Position numbers and translations under genes: made by a program. A stretch of DNA of 64,000 nucleotides from Octopus sinensis. Lineage: Eukaryota. Where the stretch lies: contig NC_042998.1 in NCBI RefSeq assembly GCF_006345805.1, positions 111,414,001-111,478,000 on the forward strand. Direction: 5' to 3'. Every line of letters begins with the position of its first letter. Within the stretch, counting starts at the first letter, position 1. The notes under the pieces are model-generated. The model was not told the origin of the DNA. It did no database searches and worked only from the letters and a program-made list of their open reading frames with translations. Of the stretch, positions 51,340-64,000 are shown piece after piece.

Positions 51340-51535
51340 TTTGATCCCAGGTCAGTCATAGCAGAGCAGACCTGTAATCAAAGACATTCCAGTCGTGATC
51401 ATTCCTTTTACATATATGCAGAGTACTCAGGACCACATTATGCGAGGTCTTCTTTTCTTAAAACAGTAGTGTGTAATTTAAAGAAAACTTGGTTGCTAAT
51501 TTTTGCAGGTCAAGTAACTAGATAGCAGCTCCCTA
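51340..51535 (+). repeat. Abundant short interspersed repeat, family D
   Basis: CCCAGGTCAG..GAGCAGACCTGTAATCAAAGACATTCCAG..GTGTAATTT..TTGGTTGCTA. Decayed relatives at ~14255-14490, ~26700-26890, ~34845-35035 (-), ~37480-37650 (-), ~46580-46640 (-). Confidence 0.55.
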
Positions 51536-51539
51536 ACTG

Positions 51540-51900
51540 ACTCAGATGCTGCTGATATTGCGTAGAAAGATTTGCTTAGGCAGACGAATAGCAGGATGGA
51601 GAGTGAGGGAGGAGGGAATTTGAACCTTAAGAAAGTGTGTGCGTGAAATGAGTGCGGCAATACAGCTGCGAGATAGGACTGGATGGCGAGTAGTGTCAAC
51701 GACATGCTGTGGGTACTCTCGTAAGAGTGAAAAATTATTCATTTGCTTCGACTTGGAAATGAAATCAGAGATTCTGATGCAGCCTTTGTGAAGCCGGAAG
51801 AATTCAAAGAAAGAGAAAAGGGAATTTTTATGTAAGTGGAAAGTGAAGAAGTAAAGTGAAGTGGTATCAATCGTGTTGTGGCTGTAACTTAAGGATCGAC
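51540..51900 (-). mobile_element. Penelope-like RT remnant
   Basis: FEFFRLHKGC..SDFISKSKQMNNFSLLREYPQHVV..PSSLTLHP, resembling SQFLRLRR.CS...F....RGYP..LTYHP. Confidence 0.55.
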
Positions 51901-52559
51901 AAATGAAATCGGCGATAATTTAGACTTCAAAGGGTTCAATGAATAAGGCGACATAACCGGTGTCCATGGTTCATCGTTGGTGCAAAGAATGAAAGGAGTA
52001 TTCTGTCAAGTCTGGTCTGAGACCAAACAACGACGACAACAACTTATCTTTTGTCATAATTTCTTAATTTTCAGGTAACATTTTGCTTTTATGAATCTCA
52101 CAGTTTGTTTACAAGTTGTTGTTCTACATAGCTCCATACTTCCTACTTCCATTTTGATACAATACAGAGGCATCCAAAATATCTTTTTATACTTGATGTC
52201 CCAATTAATACATTAATTTTATTCTAGATTCTTTGGCCATTTGGTGAATCTAGTACTTCGGGGCAATCTGGAGGATATAATGTGCCCCTATGTTTTCTTT
52301 ATATGGTGAAAGTAGAACTATATAACACAGCTATTATATAAAATTTGGTCCTAGATTTTTCTTCAGACTTTTTTCCCAGTACTACGGCATTTATTACCTA
52401 TTGCTCTTGTTCATTATATATTGTAGAAACTCAGCCCAAATTATAGCACCATTTAAATTCTTGAAATTTATTATTTCTTCCCCATATAAATTTCTTATAG
52501 CTTCCAACTTGTTCTTTTGATGCGAAATCTCTTACAGTAATTGAGCTGTTTACATTGAA

Positions 52560-53043
52560 GATATGACAGACGGATTTAGGTGGTCGGAAAGTGGAATCCT
52601 CCACTATTATTTATTAGATCATGCCGAAACCAAAATAGTAGAGATGTCTTACCAGGAAAACAAGCAACTCTTACCCAAAATGGCGTCGACCACATGTCAT
52701 ACAAATAACTGCAGAAATATATTGACTAGGTTATTATAAATCCCTACATCATTCTGCTTACTTCCTACACCTCCCTCCGACCGACTACCACTTTTTCAAA
52801 CATATCAATAACTTTCTTCAAAAAGAAGTTTACAACAACCAAACAGTTACTCGAAACGTTTTCGAAGAATTCCTTATTATCAGGACTTCAGAATTTATAT
52901 GATACTGAAATAAATAGAATGGTTGGCAAAAAGTGTGACTTCTAATGGTTATTATCACGATTAATAGAATTTATTCCAAGTTGAAATGTACTGCTTTACA
53001 GCTTTAATTAAAATCCGCAATAATATTTAAAACCAGCCTGATA
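52560..53043 (+). mobile_element. Mariner transposon 3' remnant
   Basis: PTDYHFFKHINNFLQKEVYNNQTVTRNVFEEFL..SEFY..SNGYYHD*, followed by a mariner-type TIR AAAATCCGCAATAATATTTAAAACCAGCCTGATA. Confidence 0.7.
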
Positions 53044-56000
53044 ATTTTCATGCGATTATTAACGATAGTTCATCGAACAGGAAAATCACCGGTAAATATA
53101 AATTATGTTTCTTTTTTCGTTTCAAAGGCATGAGTATCATCGTAACTAATTTTTTTCATTTCTTTGCAAACTTGCTAGATTTACAATGGGACTCACTGTT
53201 AATTGAGAAACTGTTATTCAGAAACTATCGATATTTATGGTGTGGATCATGTATTCGGCATCTTCCACAACATCGCTCCCCATCAACAGTGCCGAGTAAC
53301 CACCAGAAATATTCTATTAAATTTACTCCACATTTTAGCACGTCTTTTTTTTTTTTTTGGTTTTTTTAATTGCTTATCCCTGCAGTTACTTTGCCAAACT
53401 GTGGCAGCTGCTTCCACCAAACAGTTTTGTTTTAATACTTGCTGAAGATTTGTTCTTCGCTCGCAGCTTTAGTCTTTCTCTCAGATGACTCGGCCGTATT
53501 CATAATGGAACGCTTTCTCCTTTTCTCTACAGTTTTCCAATTTCTTCTCTCCTACCTTAACTGCCATCCTTGTCCTTCTCGCAATTCTGTAAGCCCTTAA
53601 AATTTTAAGTATTTTCTTTCACATGCTCCTTCTTTCTATTTCACTCTGCCAAAGTACCATCAACTACCTGGATTATGTTTATCATTACAATACTGTTTGG
53701 GGAAATGTGAGCTTCCTTCAACTCCGCCTGCACTTTCTAATTATTCGAGCCATTAAGACATTTCTATCTTGGCCTCCGCTTCCTTATACTCTTGCATTAC
53801 CCTTTGCTGCTCTCCTTGTTAAAAATAAAATGCAACTTCGTATTGATTCTCATCACTTTTATTTTTATGTGTTGCTGTTTTAGTGTATCTGCAACAATGT
53901 TCAAGGTTTGGTTAAGACACCAGAAGTATTCTTCGTGGAATGACATGCTCGCTGTTCTAATATACTTCACCTAAGTGTAACCGCCACACCGATAACAAAT
54001 AGTCATGTCACTGAAGCCCCACTGTTTAATATAACTAAGACACAGAAGCTTATTGTATGCTACTCTCATAAAGAATTACAACCGAACCGAAAGGGCTTCA
54101 TTTTGCACAACATCCTTCATAATAGCTCCGTTCGTTTAACTGTCTCTCATATGAATTATTTTCTTAACCCTGCTGCTTTAGTTATGTACATAGTCTTTTG
54201 AAACTGACGTAATCCTCTAGTTCAAACATCTCCTCCCCTCGCTGTTCTGGCAGGAGGCCATATGTCCATTTGTTTTGTTCCAGTCCAGCTATGTTCTATA
54301 CAGATATCATCTCTTTCATTTGCAGTTTGGACATTATCACCTCAACATCTTTTCTCACACGTGCATCATTCCTTTCTCATCAATATTATTGACTGGGTCG
54401 TGCAATTTGCCCACAGAACCCTGTAGCATCAAGTAGTAGTGTGTTTTTACTAATGTAAACCTTTCCGTCAACGATGTTCAGAGCAGCTGGCTCTTACTTT
54501 TGTTTTCAATAGCTTAGTCATAGGATGAACAGCAGTGTCTAAGACTATTTTCAGAAACTCTTACAGTGGCAGGAAGAAGCGAGTAGGTTATCTCAAGAGT
54601 AGTTATCAAACGTGAACGCTTGCAACAAACCGAACTCCGCTAAGTCATATTTGGAACAACTAATGATTTTAAACCTTGTGACAAGCTACTTCTACCGACC
54701 AAGAACATCAATGGGCCTTTTGACGGGGTTACAACATATTTCTATTTACCAAATTTAACTAACAAGGATTTCTTCAACTAGAGGCTATAGTAGAAAACAT
54801 GTTCAACTTATAGCGTGCAATAGGCTCGAACCAGAAAACACGTATTTGCGAAGCAAAACCACGTGGTTACGAAATAAAAACTTTGTATTTGCGAAGTTGG
54901 TCGGCTGCACTACATAATATGTAAAAAACTTAATTTGTTTACTTTTTAAAATAGGTTGTTGGAAAGAGATTAGCAGCCTATGTTAAGATTCTTTATTCAT
55001 ATCGTATGCTAATGCATTAGTTGAATGATATTAACCCATGAAAAAAGATATATTTTTGGCAGTAGACTATGATTGCTGTTGAAGATTTTGTGATATGTTT
55101 ATATTAAACAGAAATGAGATCTGTTGAGACCTGTTAACAAAGAAAGATAATAATGTCTAAAAACATTTTTCAGAGGACTAAATTATATTTCTCCAGAGAC
55201 ATAAAACGCAATCTGTTCTGAGATGAAATGTATTTAATCATTAAATGTATTTAAATGTCTTTTTAATAGGTATACAAATTCCAGATAGATAAAAGCTAAC
55301 ACTATATTTCAATGAAAATTAACTTTATTATATCCGGTTAAACAATATGGAATTATTTTATACACTGGCGATCCCTTTAAATATTTGCTTAAGGACAATA
55401 TGCTTAAGTAGAATTTTTTCTGAGCCCTTTCTCAATTTAATCTGTTAATTTGCCTATTTTTAATTGGTCGTTATTAATTCTTTCCTCCTTCAATTTTCCG
55501 TTAGCAGTTATTTTTTCAAGATAATGCTGAAAAATATTCATTCGGTCTGTAAGAAATGTCAGATCAACCTTGATACTTTTACTATTAGCATGACATTTAC
55601 AGAAAAATCAGTGTCTAATTACTCCAAATCATTGGTTGTTAGGAATTAAAATTTGAAAAGGTTTCCATTTATGTTAATTCCTTTTTTTACTTCCAAAATT
55701 CTAAATAAAAATTGTAGAATTTCGTGTACTTAAGAACATCTCTAAAAATCATTTTTATTTTTAGTTGATTTTGGTCGAGGAGAATAAAATCAAATAAGTG
55801 AAACAGTAAAAAAAATTATTTGACCTTTTCAGTCAGGAAGGATCTGAATATGATAATTACAATGTGTAAGGAAACGCGATTAGATTAGTCCAATGTTAAA
55901 ATTTTTAAAGATTTCTGTAGGCATTCCATAAGGAGACATTCTTGTAATGTGCTTAGAAATAAATGTGTTTTATTAAAAGCAGGAAAATCTCCATGAAAGA

Positions 56001-56089
56001 CAAACAATGACAGGAGCTGAAGTTTCAGAGCCTCTATTTTTCAACCTTTCTCAAAGGAATAGATAAATAGATACATACTTATGTGCACG

Positions 56090-56120
<31 letters not shown>

Positions 56121-56596
56121 TGTGTGTGTGTGTGTGCGTGCGTGCGTGCGACTGGGGGTGTTTATTCTTAAAAAAGAAAATAGACAGGAACTTCGAAGTT
56201 TCAACCAGTTAAGCCATCGTCGGACTGCGATGCATTAAAATTTATCTTGGCTTTATATCGTCTCTGTTGAGTTGAAGACTTCCTTGGATGTGTGAGTTTG
56301 AGTGAGGTGGTCATTAGATTTTAGGATGGATTGTTTTTGAAAAATTGTTATTGATTAAATTTGGGGGTTATTCTATTGTTTAGAATTTATCCAGGTATGT
56401 AGAGCTTTGTAAGCAAATGTGGATCTTTAGGTGTACCGTTGGTTAGGTAGGCACAGGCTGTGTTTGTAGTTTAGATATTTTGGGTTTTATTGGATTTAAT
56501 CCTTTGCTTTGATAATGTAAAGTTCAGAGGTACAAAGTCTAGTATTCAGAGCCTTAATAACTGAGTGTGTCAACTCTTTGTAATGGGTTTTTATAA

Positions 56597-56817
56597 CCCC
56601 TTAGCATTCATATTTCTCTATCAAATATAATACTTATTTATTCACATTGTTTAAAATTAATCATGCATTGTCTTGTAGCTTTAAGATTTCGATGATGTGA
56701 TAGCTTATTTTTCAGAATGACGTTGTAGGGTAGGTGTGACAGACCAGATCTGCCCTGTTTGAACATAAAGTATGTAAAATGTTTGGACCTGATATGGCCG
56801 GTTTGAATGCTAAAGGG
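56597..56817. mobile_element. piggyBac-type MITE
   Basis: ATAA|CCCCTTAGCATTCA ... TGAATGCTAAAGGG|TTAA: inverted termini and a TTAA-like target. Confidence 0.75.
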
Positions 56818-57464
56818 TTAATGGTTCACAAAGGAATGAAAGTAGGTGGTATGCTTTCACTGGTCAATTTCTATACTTTTTGTTGTTATTTGGGATATTT
56901 CCTATTTTTATTTGGAAGATGAAGGTTATTAGCCAGGCATGCCATAATGATATGCTTACATCATTGTGACAATCTATCCATGCAACGGGTAAAATACATT
57001 CAAAGCTTTCCATTATCACTTCGCGCCTTCAACTTCTAGCTGTATTTTTTCTTAAGAAACGACAATCACATCCACGCACACGGATATATCTTTTATTTTT
57101 CATTTATTTCACTCACTGAACTGTAGCCATGCTCGGTCACCGTCTTCAAGGGTTTAGCTGAACAAATCGACCCCAATACTTATTTTCTTTTAAGTCTGGT
57201 ACTTATCCTAACGGTCACTTTTTGCAGAATCGCTAAATTACGGGGACTCAAACAAACCGCCAACGATTGTCAAATGGTGCCGGGGACAAACACAAATACA
57301 AATACATAGATATATACATATGTAAACGAAGGGATCCTTTCAGTTTCCGTCTACCGGATCCACTCAGAAGACTTTGGTCAGCCTGGATCAGTAGCAAAAG
57401 ACACTTGCCCAAGGACTGAACCAGAAACTATGTGGTTGGGGAGCAAACAGCTATGCCTGCGTGC

Positions 57465-57497
<33 letters not shown>

Positions 57498-57844
57498 CGC
57501 TCACGTGCATGCGTGTGTATGTGTGTATATATGTATGCATGCATGCATATATTTACGTATCTATGTACAATATAGGAACTCATTTTAAATGAAAGATGTT
57601 AGTTGAATCAATAGTTATTTAGTCGAAGATGATCGTTGGTCAAGCTTACCTATGACTAAAGAGTTACAGTTGTAACATCGCATATTTGTAAGATATTTCG
57701 GGTCCAGGACTGTCTTATTCGATGTCTCATGAATTTAAAAACAAACATTACGGTTTCCTTGAAGAAAGAGTTGCTTACTATTTCCAGCTGCTGGCTCGAC
57801 TGCTTAGAGGTTTTCAGGTGTACAACTGAACGATAAAATAAAGT

Positions 57845-58158
57845 GACCTGATGGTTAGCGGGTATTTGGTTCACGATCTTGAGATCGTGAATTCGATTTC
57901 TGGTAGTACGCTGTGTCCTTGAGCAAGACAGTTTATTTCGCTTTTCTCCAGACCACTCAACTGTCAAAAATGAACAGTACCTGTATTTCAAAGAGCCAGC
58001 CTCGTTAGATTCTTTATCACACTGCATCTCCCTGAGAACTACGTTAAGGGTACACATGTCTGTGGATTGCTCAGCCACTTGCACGTTAATCTCACGAGCA
58101 GACTGTTCCGTTGATTGGATCAACTGGAAACCTCGTCGTCGTAACCGACGGAGTACCA
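57845..58158 (+). mobile_element. Family B CORE-type SINE
   Basis: GTGAATTCGATTTC, GTGTCCTTGAGCAAGACA..CCACTCAACTG..AAAAATGA; homologous to 14615-14908. Confidence 0.75.
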
Positions 58159-58954
58159 GGTATGTTGATCTAGTCGGAATAAACATTTCTAAAGTTATTT
58201 TGATATGGAATTATCTCTTTTCTGTTGGCTGAACGTCCAAAAGTTCCTGTATTTCTTCCCTGTATAGATATGTCTAAATTTTGGAATTCTGCATTGGAGA
58301 AACACAGTGAAGTTGGTAGTAATCTCTACGAAATAACATCAGCGTGTCAATAAAGATTGTGCTGTTAAATACTATAAAAGGCCAGATTGAAACAATGATG
58401 AAGAAGAGTTATCTTCTTCATCATCGACCAGGTTAGCAAAACAACGACCAATAAAGAAGCCTGTCACTCTGATTATAAGTGATTTTATTTCAAGTTAATT
58501 TCCCCTTGTTTACGTATTTTAATTGCTTAGTTTGTTTCAGCTTCCACAACCAAGTTCATGCAGCACCATCTATGATTTCAGAGATAATCCAGAATAGTTT
58601 GTAATATTGTATGGAAGGATGCAAAAAAAATTATAATGGCCCCTTTGCAAAATTGACACGCAAATTCGTAAAGAGTTCCATATTCCACACTTTTTCGTTT
58701 TGTCCATTATTGATTTCTGTTAATGGTGTGTCCCAACTTAGCCATGACCGATGACCTGGAATACGTAGACTATATTACAATCATAACACACATAAATATA
58801 TTCATATATAGATATAATATATATGCATATATGTGTGTGTCTGCGTGTGTGTGTATGTATGTATGCATGTATGTATGTAAGTATGTATGTAAGCACATAC
58901 AAATAAAAATTATATATGTATATATACATACGTTATATAGTTGAAACAAGTAAT

Positions 58955-60170
58955 GAATCATATCCAAACGTGGTTATGATATATATCGATTTTGCAAAGG
59001 TTTCCGATAAGGTTGATCACAGGATGATATGTCACCAGCTATGAAGACTCACCATAGCCAGAAAACTGGGACAGAGTTTAGGATGTGACAACCAATAGAT
59101 CCTCTCCAAGGAGACAGCGGTAGCAAGTGGAGTGCGTCAAGGAGCTGTCTTGGGGACGCTGTTGTTCATAGTAGCTCTTTCGGACATGACATCAGTTACA
59201 CAGACAGCCGCACTTACTAACTATGCTGACAACACAAACGTAATACATGCAGTCAAGGAAACTTTCGATGCTAATTTTCAACAGAAAGACCTAGATACCA
59301 CGTATAAATAGGCAGAAGAAAACAACATGCAAAAATTCCAAGCCCTTCGATATCAGCCAGTTTGTGCAAACATATTTTAAACCAAAAGGAGCAGCAATTC
59401 CAGAGTCAAGTACAGTGCGTGGTCTTGGAGTTGAGATCAGTAGCATCACCTCGTTTCATGTACACATCATCAAGATGGTGGTAATGTGCTGGCGAATGGC
59501 CGGATAGATTCTGAGAACCTTCAGAACAAGGAATCAGGAAACTATGCTGGTTCTATGGAGGACAATAATCCTCAGTCGTCAACCAACAGTATCAAATTAA
59601 TAGCGGAATTTGAGGCAGTTAAGCGATGCTACACCAGGAAGATTGCATTAATGGAACAGCTGAGCTACTGGGAGAGACTGAAAGAGATATGATTCTACTC
59701 CTTGAAACAAAGGCGGGTAATATATGCAGGGATATAACATATGGAATATCCTAGAGGTTTTGGCACCAATCTCTGGCACAGAGAGCTATGTCATCTCCCA
59801 AACTGGATGTCGCAGCACTGTTCCAAAGGTCCCACCCTTCCTGTCGAGAGTGAGGACTATGTACTGCAATAGCTTGGGTTTCAAACGTCTATAACTATTT
59901 AATAACTTACCAAAAACATCTGGGAGATCTACATGGAGTAGGAATAGATGTTTTTAAGAAACAATTTGACTTCCTGCTATCTGCGGTGCCAGATGAACTT
60001 ACATCACAATAAGAAACTTGAAAGAGAACAACAATGTTGAATTCCCTCCTTTACCAAAAGCCAATCAAAAAATGAATGGCCATTGAAAAAGTGATAATAC
60101 ATGGTGGTGCTCCAGCATGGCTACAGCCTTTGGAGTAGAACACATAAAAGAATAAAAGAAAAGAATGAAA
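58955..60170 (+). mobile_element. Degenerate CR1-like LINE (RT to 3' end)
   Basis: IYIDFAKVSDKVDH, SGVRQGAVLGTLLFIV, YADNT, ILRTFRTR, LSYWERLKE; tail GGTGCTCCAGCATGGCTACAG..AAAAGAATAAAAGA. Confidence 0.8.
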
Positions 60171-60994
60171 TAGTATATAGATAGAAACATACACTCATTT
60201 ACATACATAAATAAATACATACACACACATACATACATACATACATACATACATACATACATACATACATACATACATACATACATACATACATACATAC
60301 ATACATGTATCCAGATTACAAGTTCAGGTTTATGCCTATAATTAATGGGACACCGTAATATGTAATACACTGCCTGGCTTCTCAAAACCAGAAAGGAGAA
60401 AGCTAATTCGAAGACTACAGATCCAATACATCTCTGGAACTGTAAAAATCTGTAAAACGTTCCAGAAGTTTATCACTTAAATATATATAAGCATGTCTAG
60501 ACATGCAACTATACACACGAGAATACATACATAAAACAAAACATACAAATCTGCACATATACATATATACAAAAATACTCTGTTGTTATTGTTGATGTTA
60601 TTACAATTCCAATGAAGAAGTCGTGGATCTAGGTTAGAAACCAACTCCTTCTGTACTGGCATGAAATATTGAAACAAAGCTAAATAATGACACATACATG
60701 TATACATGAGAGCCTAAGTATGTTAACATCCATCTACTACGATGAAAATTTCCTTCACTGCACCTTGTTTTTGTCAACTACCAATATAACCATGTTTACA
60801 GAAAACAATAGATAAAACTCTGCTATAGATTCCTACACATTTTACATAATCGAATAGAACTAACTGACCTGAAGGCAGAAGACAAAATAGACCAATTTCT
60901 ATCTAGTACGTTTGCTAACATCTGCATCCAGTTTTTATCCTGATGCGTAAATGGGAGTGTGTATGTATGTGTATACGAAGAAGAGAATGTCGTG

Positions 60995-61053
<59 letters not shown>

Positions 61054-61264
61054 TGTGTGTGTGTGTGTCTTTACTTATATACTATATACATATGTGTAAG
61101 TGTGTGTGTAAATTTTATATTCGCCTATACAGAATATTTGGAAGCGTATAAAATTAAACAGCCTGGTGGAAGTCTGTAGCTGTTTTCTAACAAACTTATA
61201 AAATATTTTTATTTGGAACTTCGAGTAAGAAGCTAACTCAAGAACATACATAGGATTCAGAAAA

Positions 61265-61640
61265 ATGCATAACAAAATCACCAGGACTTATAAGTATACA
61301 TAACATACAAAAAAATAGCACTACTAGGCACCACACACATCCTACTTAAATCACTTTCAATACAGTGAAAATAAGAGCACCACAACAAACCACAGCACGT
61401 ACCCAAGACAGACAGAGCTGCGCTCGGTAGCGCAGTGAAAGCACGTGATGAAAATAAAACTACTGAATAATAACCGCAGAGAGTGGCAGCGTCGGAGACT
61501 AGTAAAATCTTCTAGAATTTCCCAGTCCAAGCAGATCAGGTGCTAGAGCATAACAGACCAGACCTAGTGGTGGTGGTCAAGGTGCACCACATAAGCTTTA
61601 TAGTTGACGTTGCATGTCCCTTTGATCCACGAATAGTCAA
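61265..61640 (+). mobile_element. R4/Dong-like RLE LINE fragments
   Basis: IALLGTTHIL.KSLSIQ* plus 3' UTR, then FPVQADQVLEHNRPDLVVV..IVDVACPFDPRI. Confidence 0.7.
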
Positions 61641-61926
61641 CTATAGGCACAAGGACTGAAATTTGGGGGAGGGATATAGTCGATTACATCGACCCCATAT
61701 TCAATTGGTACTTATTTTTATCGACCACGAAAGAATCTGAAATTTTGTGGGGAGAGGACCAGCCGATTAGATCGACCCCGGTACTTGACTGGTACTTAAG
61801 TTATTGACCCCGAAAGGATGAAGGGTAAAGTCGACTTCGGCGGAATTTGAATTCAGAACGTAAGAACGGAATGCCGCTAAGCATTTTTGCCCGGCGTGCA
61901 AACGTTTCTGCCAACCCGCTGCCTTT
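61641..61926 (-). mobile_element. Family A SINE plus an adjacent duplicated 3' half
   Basis: Reverse complement of the 21689-21900 family; the GAAATTT..GGGGAG..ATCGACCCC..GGTACTTA segment occurs twice. Confidence 0.8.
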
Positions 61927-61935
61927 CATCACACA

Positions 61936-62001
<66 letters not shown>

Positions 62002-62005
<4 letters not shown>

Positions 62006-62560
62006 GCCCTGATGCAGTACCAGGCAGTGGCTCTCATGGCTTCTGATCTTAACTGATTGGAAGTGTTATCATGTACATTGTTTTGTCTTGGTATAAAAGA
62101 TGGGCTACAGCAAATATTCTGCTCAATACCACAGATTTGCTTGTCAGTTGTTTGACCTTAACCAGTTGAGCATGTCCTTAGTGGCTGACGATATGTGCAT
62201 CTCTGATCACGAGCAGAAGTAGTGGGGGAGCATCATAGCCATGTGTTGAGAGGGATTCTTTGGGGTTTGAATAGTTCACCTCTGGAAACATGGGTGGTTC
62301 TTTCAACATCCTTAAGCAACCCTTATTCAGGGACCGTTTGAGCAGGATGGGCTACTCAACCTGAAGAAAATTCTAACTGGGCCCCACCTGCAAGGTCATG
62401 TGCTGTTTATCTTGATATGAGATCACCATGTCGCGCACATATGGTTGTGATGCATGTGCCTGGTGTACCTTTATCAGACGGGTAGTCATGATGGGTATAT
62501 TGGGCTTCGTATATTTTACCCCAGTGTCACTTTGATGGCATGAACTGCTCTCTCACTCAA
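62002..62560 (+). mobile_element. ~560-bp non-coding insertion between (TAA)n arrays, probably a LINE 3' UTR
   Basis: Sharp boundaries with (TAA)n on both sides; no ORF; neighbours are R4/Dong-like fragments. Confidence 0.45.
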
Positions 62561-62571
62561 TAATAATAATA

Positions 62572-62680
<109 letters not shown>

Positions 62681-62700
62681 TATTATTATTATTATTATTA

Positions 62701-63392
62701 TGTAGAGCTTGTAGAACTTGGAACGAGACAGTGGTACACATTGTGACGAAATGTTCCAAGTTGGCACAGGAAGAATATAAGAAACGGAGACACAACTAGG
62801 TTGTAAAAGTTTTCCAATGGAAACTGCCAGAAATGGAGATTTGAAGCTGGAAACATATGGTACAATCATCGACTCAGAAGAGTACTGGAGTCAGAGGAAT
62901 GCAAAATTTTGTGGGACTTTCCTATTCAAACGGATAAGAAATTAGAAAATAATAGACCGGGCGTAACAATAATAGGGGGGAAAAAAACAAATTTGCTTAT
63001 TGATCGATTCCTTATGCCTGTTTGATTTCAGGATCGTAAAGAAAGGGAACGAAAAACAAAAAATTATAATCCCTTAAAATTTCAAATAGGAAAAATTTTG
63101 GAACTTGAGAACAGTAAAAGTCATTCCTATAATAAATGGTGCGTTGGGAACCGTAGGCAAGGATACAGGCAAATGGCTGAAGGAGATTGGAATATAAAGC
63201 CCGGTTGAGCACCAACAGAAAGTTTGTGTCTTAAGGACAGCAAGGATTATCAGGAGGATTCTAAGCACTTGAAAGACAGCTGAAATTTTGTGGATACCTA
63301 AGGTTACAGGTAGTAACCCGCTACCCACATAAATCCTGCCAGGATGAAGACAGAACCTGAACCAAACCAAAATAATAATAGTAATCTTATAT
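62701..63392 (+). mobile_element. R4/Dong-like LINE C-terminus (CCHC knuckle and RLE endonuclease)
   Basis: CRACRTWNETVVHIVTKCSKLAQEEYKKRRH, KILWDFPIQTDKKLENNRP, VIPIINGALGTV, VCVLRTARIIRRIL; ends in AATAATAAT. Confidence 0.85.
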
Positions 63393-63682
63393 AAAACGCA
63401 ATGTGTCCCATCGTTCACACTAGGGAAGAAGAGTAAAACAACTAACGGAGTTTGAGGCTGTCAGATGCTAAAGCTGGCGAACAACATTCGAAGGTTTTGC
63501 TGTAAAGATGCTAATATTTTAACGAAAATAAAACTAGAAATTTTTGTCATAAATTGTATTTCGTTTATCCGTTTCACCCACACCCCGACAACACAAGTAT
63601 ATATGAAATTAGATATTAAACAAAACCCTTTTTTATCAAATTATCGTTCACATAGCATTTCTACACAAATGTTATATGAACG

Positions 63683-63735
<53 letters not shown>

Positions 63736-63968
63736 GCACACACACACACACTTCTATTTTATTCTTTTGTTTTAGTACATTTTCCCATGTTTCCCCTTTC
63801 TGACAGAAGCCTTTATTTCCTTTGCCAAGTGATTTCATCCATCTAAAATATGTCAACAAATATACGCGTGCGTTCACACACACATTCGTATACTCCCACA
63901 GGCACACACACATGCATATATATGAACATCTATAGGTGTATATAAATATGGATAGGTATGTATAAGTG

Positions 63969-64000
<32 letters not shown>

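Noticed and set aside
53400-54620. Possible very old RTE-like RT fragments (e.g. NIIDWVVQ)
   Set aside because: Too decayed to fix strand, boundaries or family.

Overview
AT-rich, microsatellite-saturated eukaryotic DNA. The repeat families look like those of coleoid cephalopods (Octopus-like); this is recognition, not a database result. Most ORFs in the track are microsatellite artefacts. Supported content: (1) a young full-length Ty3/Gypsy LTR retrotransposon of CsRn1 type (3916-9740, minus) with 575-bp LTRs, a CATA target-site duplication (TSD), a tRNA-Trp PBS, a CHCC Gag motif and a GGGAAAC slippery site; (2) an old, eroded Mag-like Gypsy (~18200-22150, minus); (3) one probable host gene, an intact cysteine-hydrolase/isochorismatase-family ORF (29860-30528, minus) with the D-K-C triad and an unusual CxxC-x12-CxxC insertion, inside a ~20-kb CpG-poor domain; (4) a hAT DNA transposon (48039-50823, 8-bp TSD) holding a Chapaev3-like remnant and itself inserted in a possible solo LTR; (5) many decayed LINE fragments (RTE, CR1-like, R4/Dong-like, CRE-like, Tx1-like), Penelope-like and mariner remnants, SINEs, MITEs and a ~300-bp fold-back palindrome. 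No rRNA, tRNA or CRISPR. Boundaries of degenerate elements are approximate and family names come from remembered motifs.
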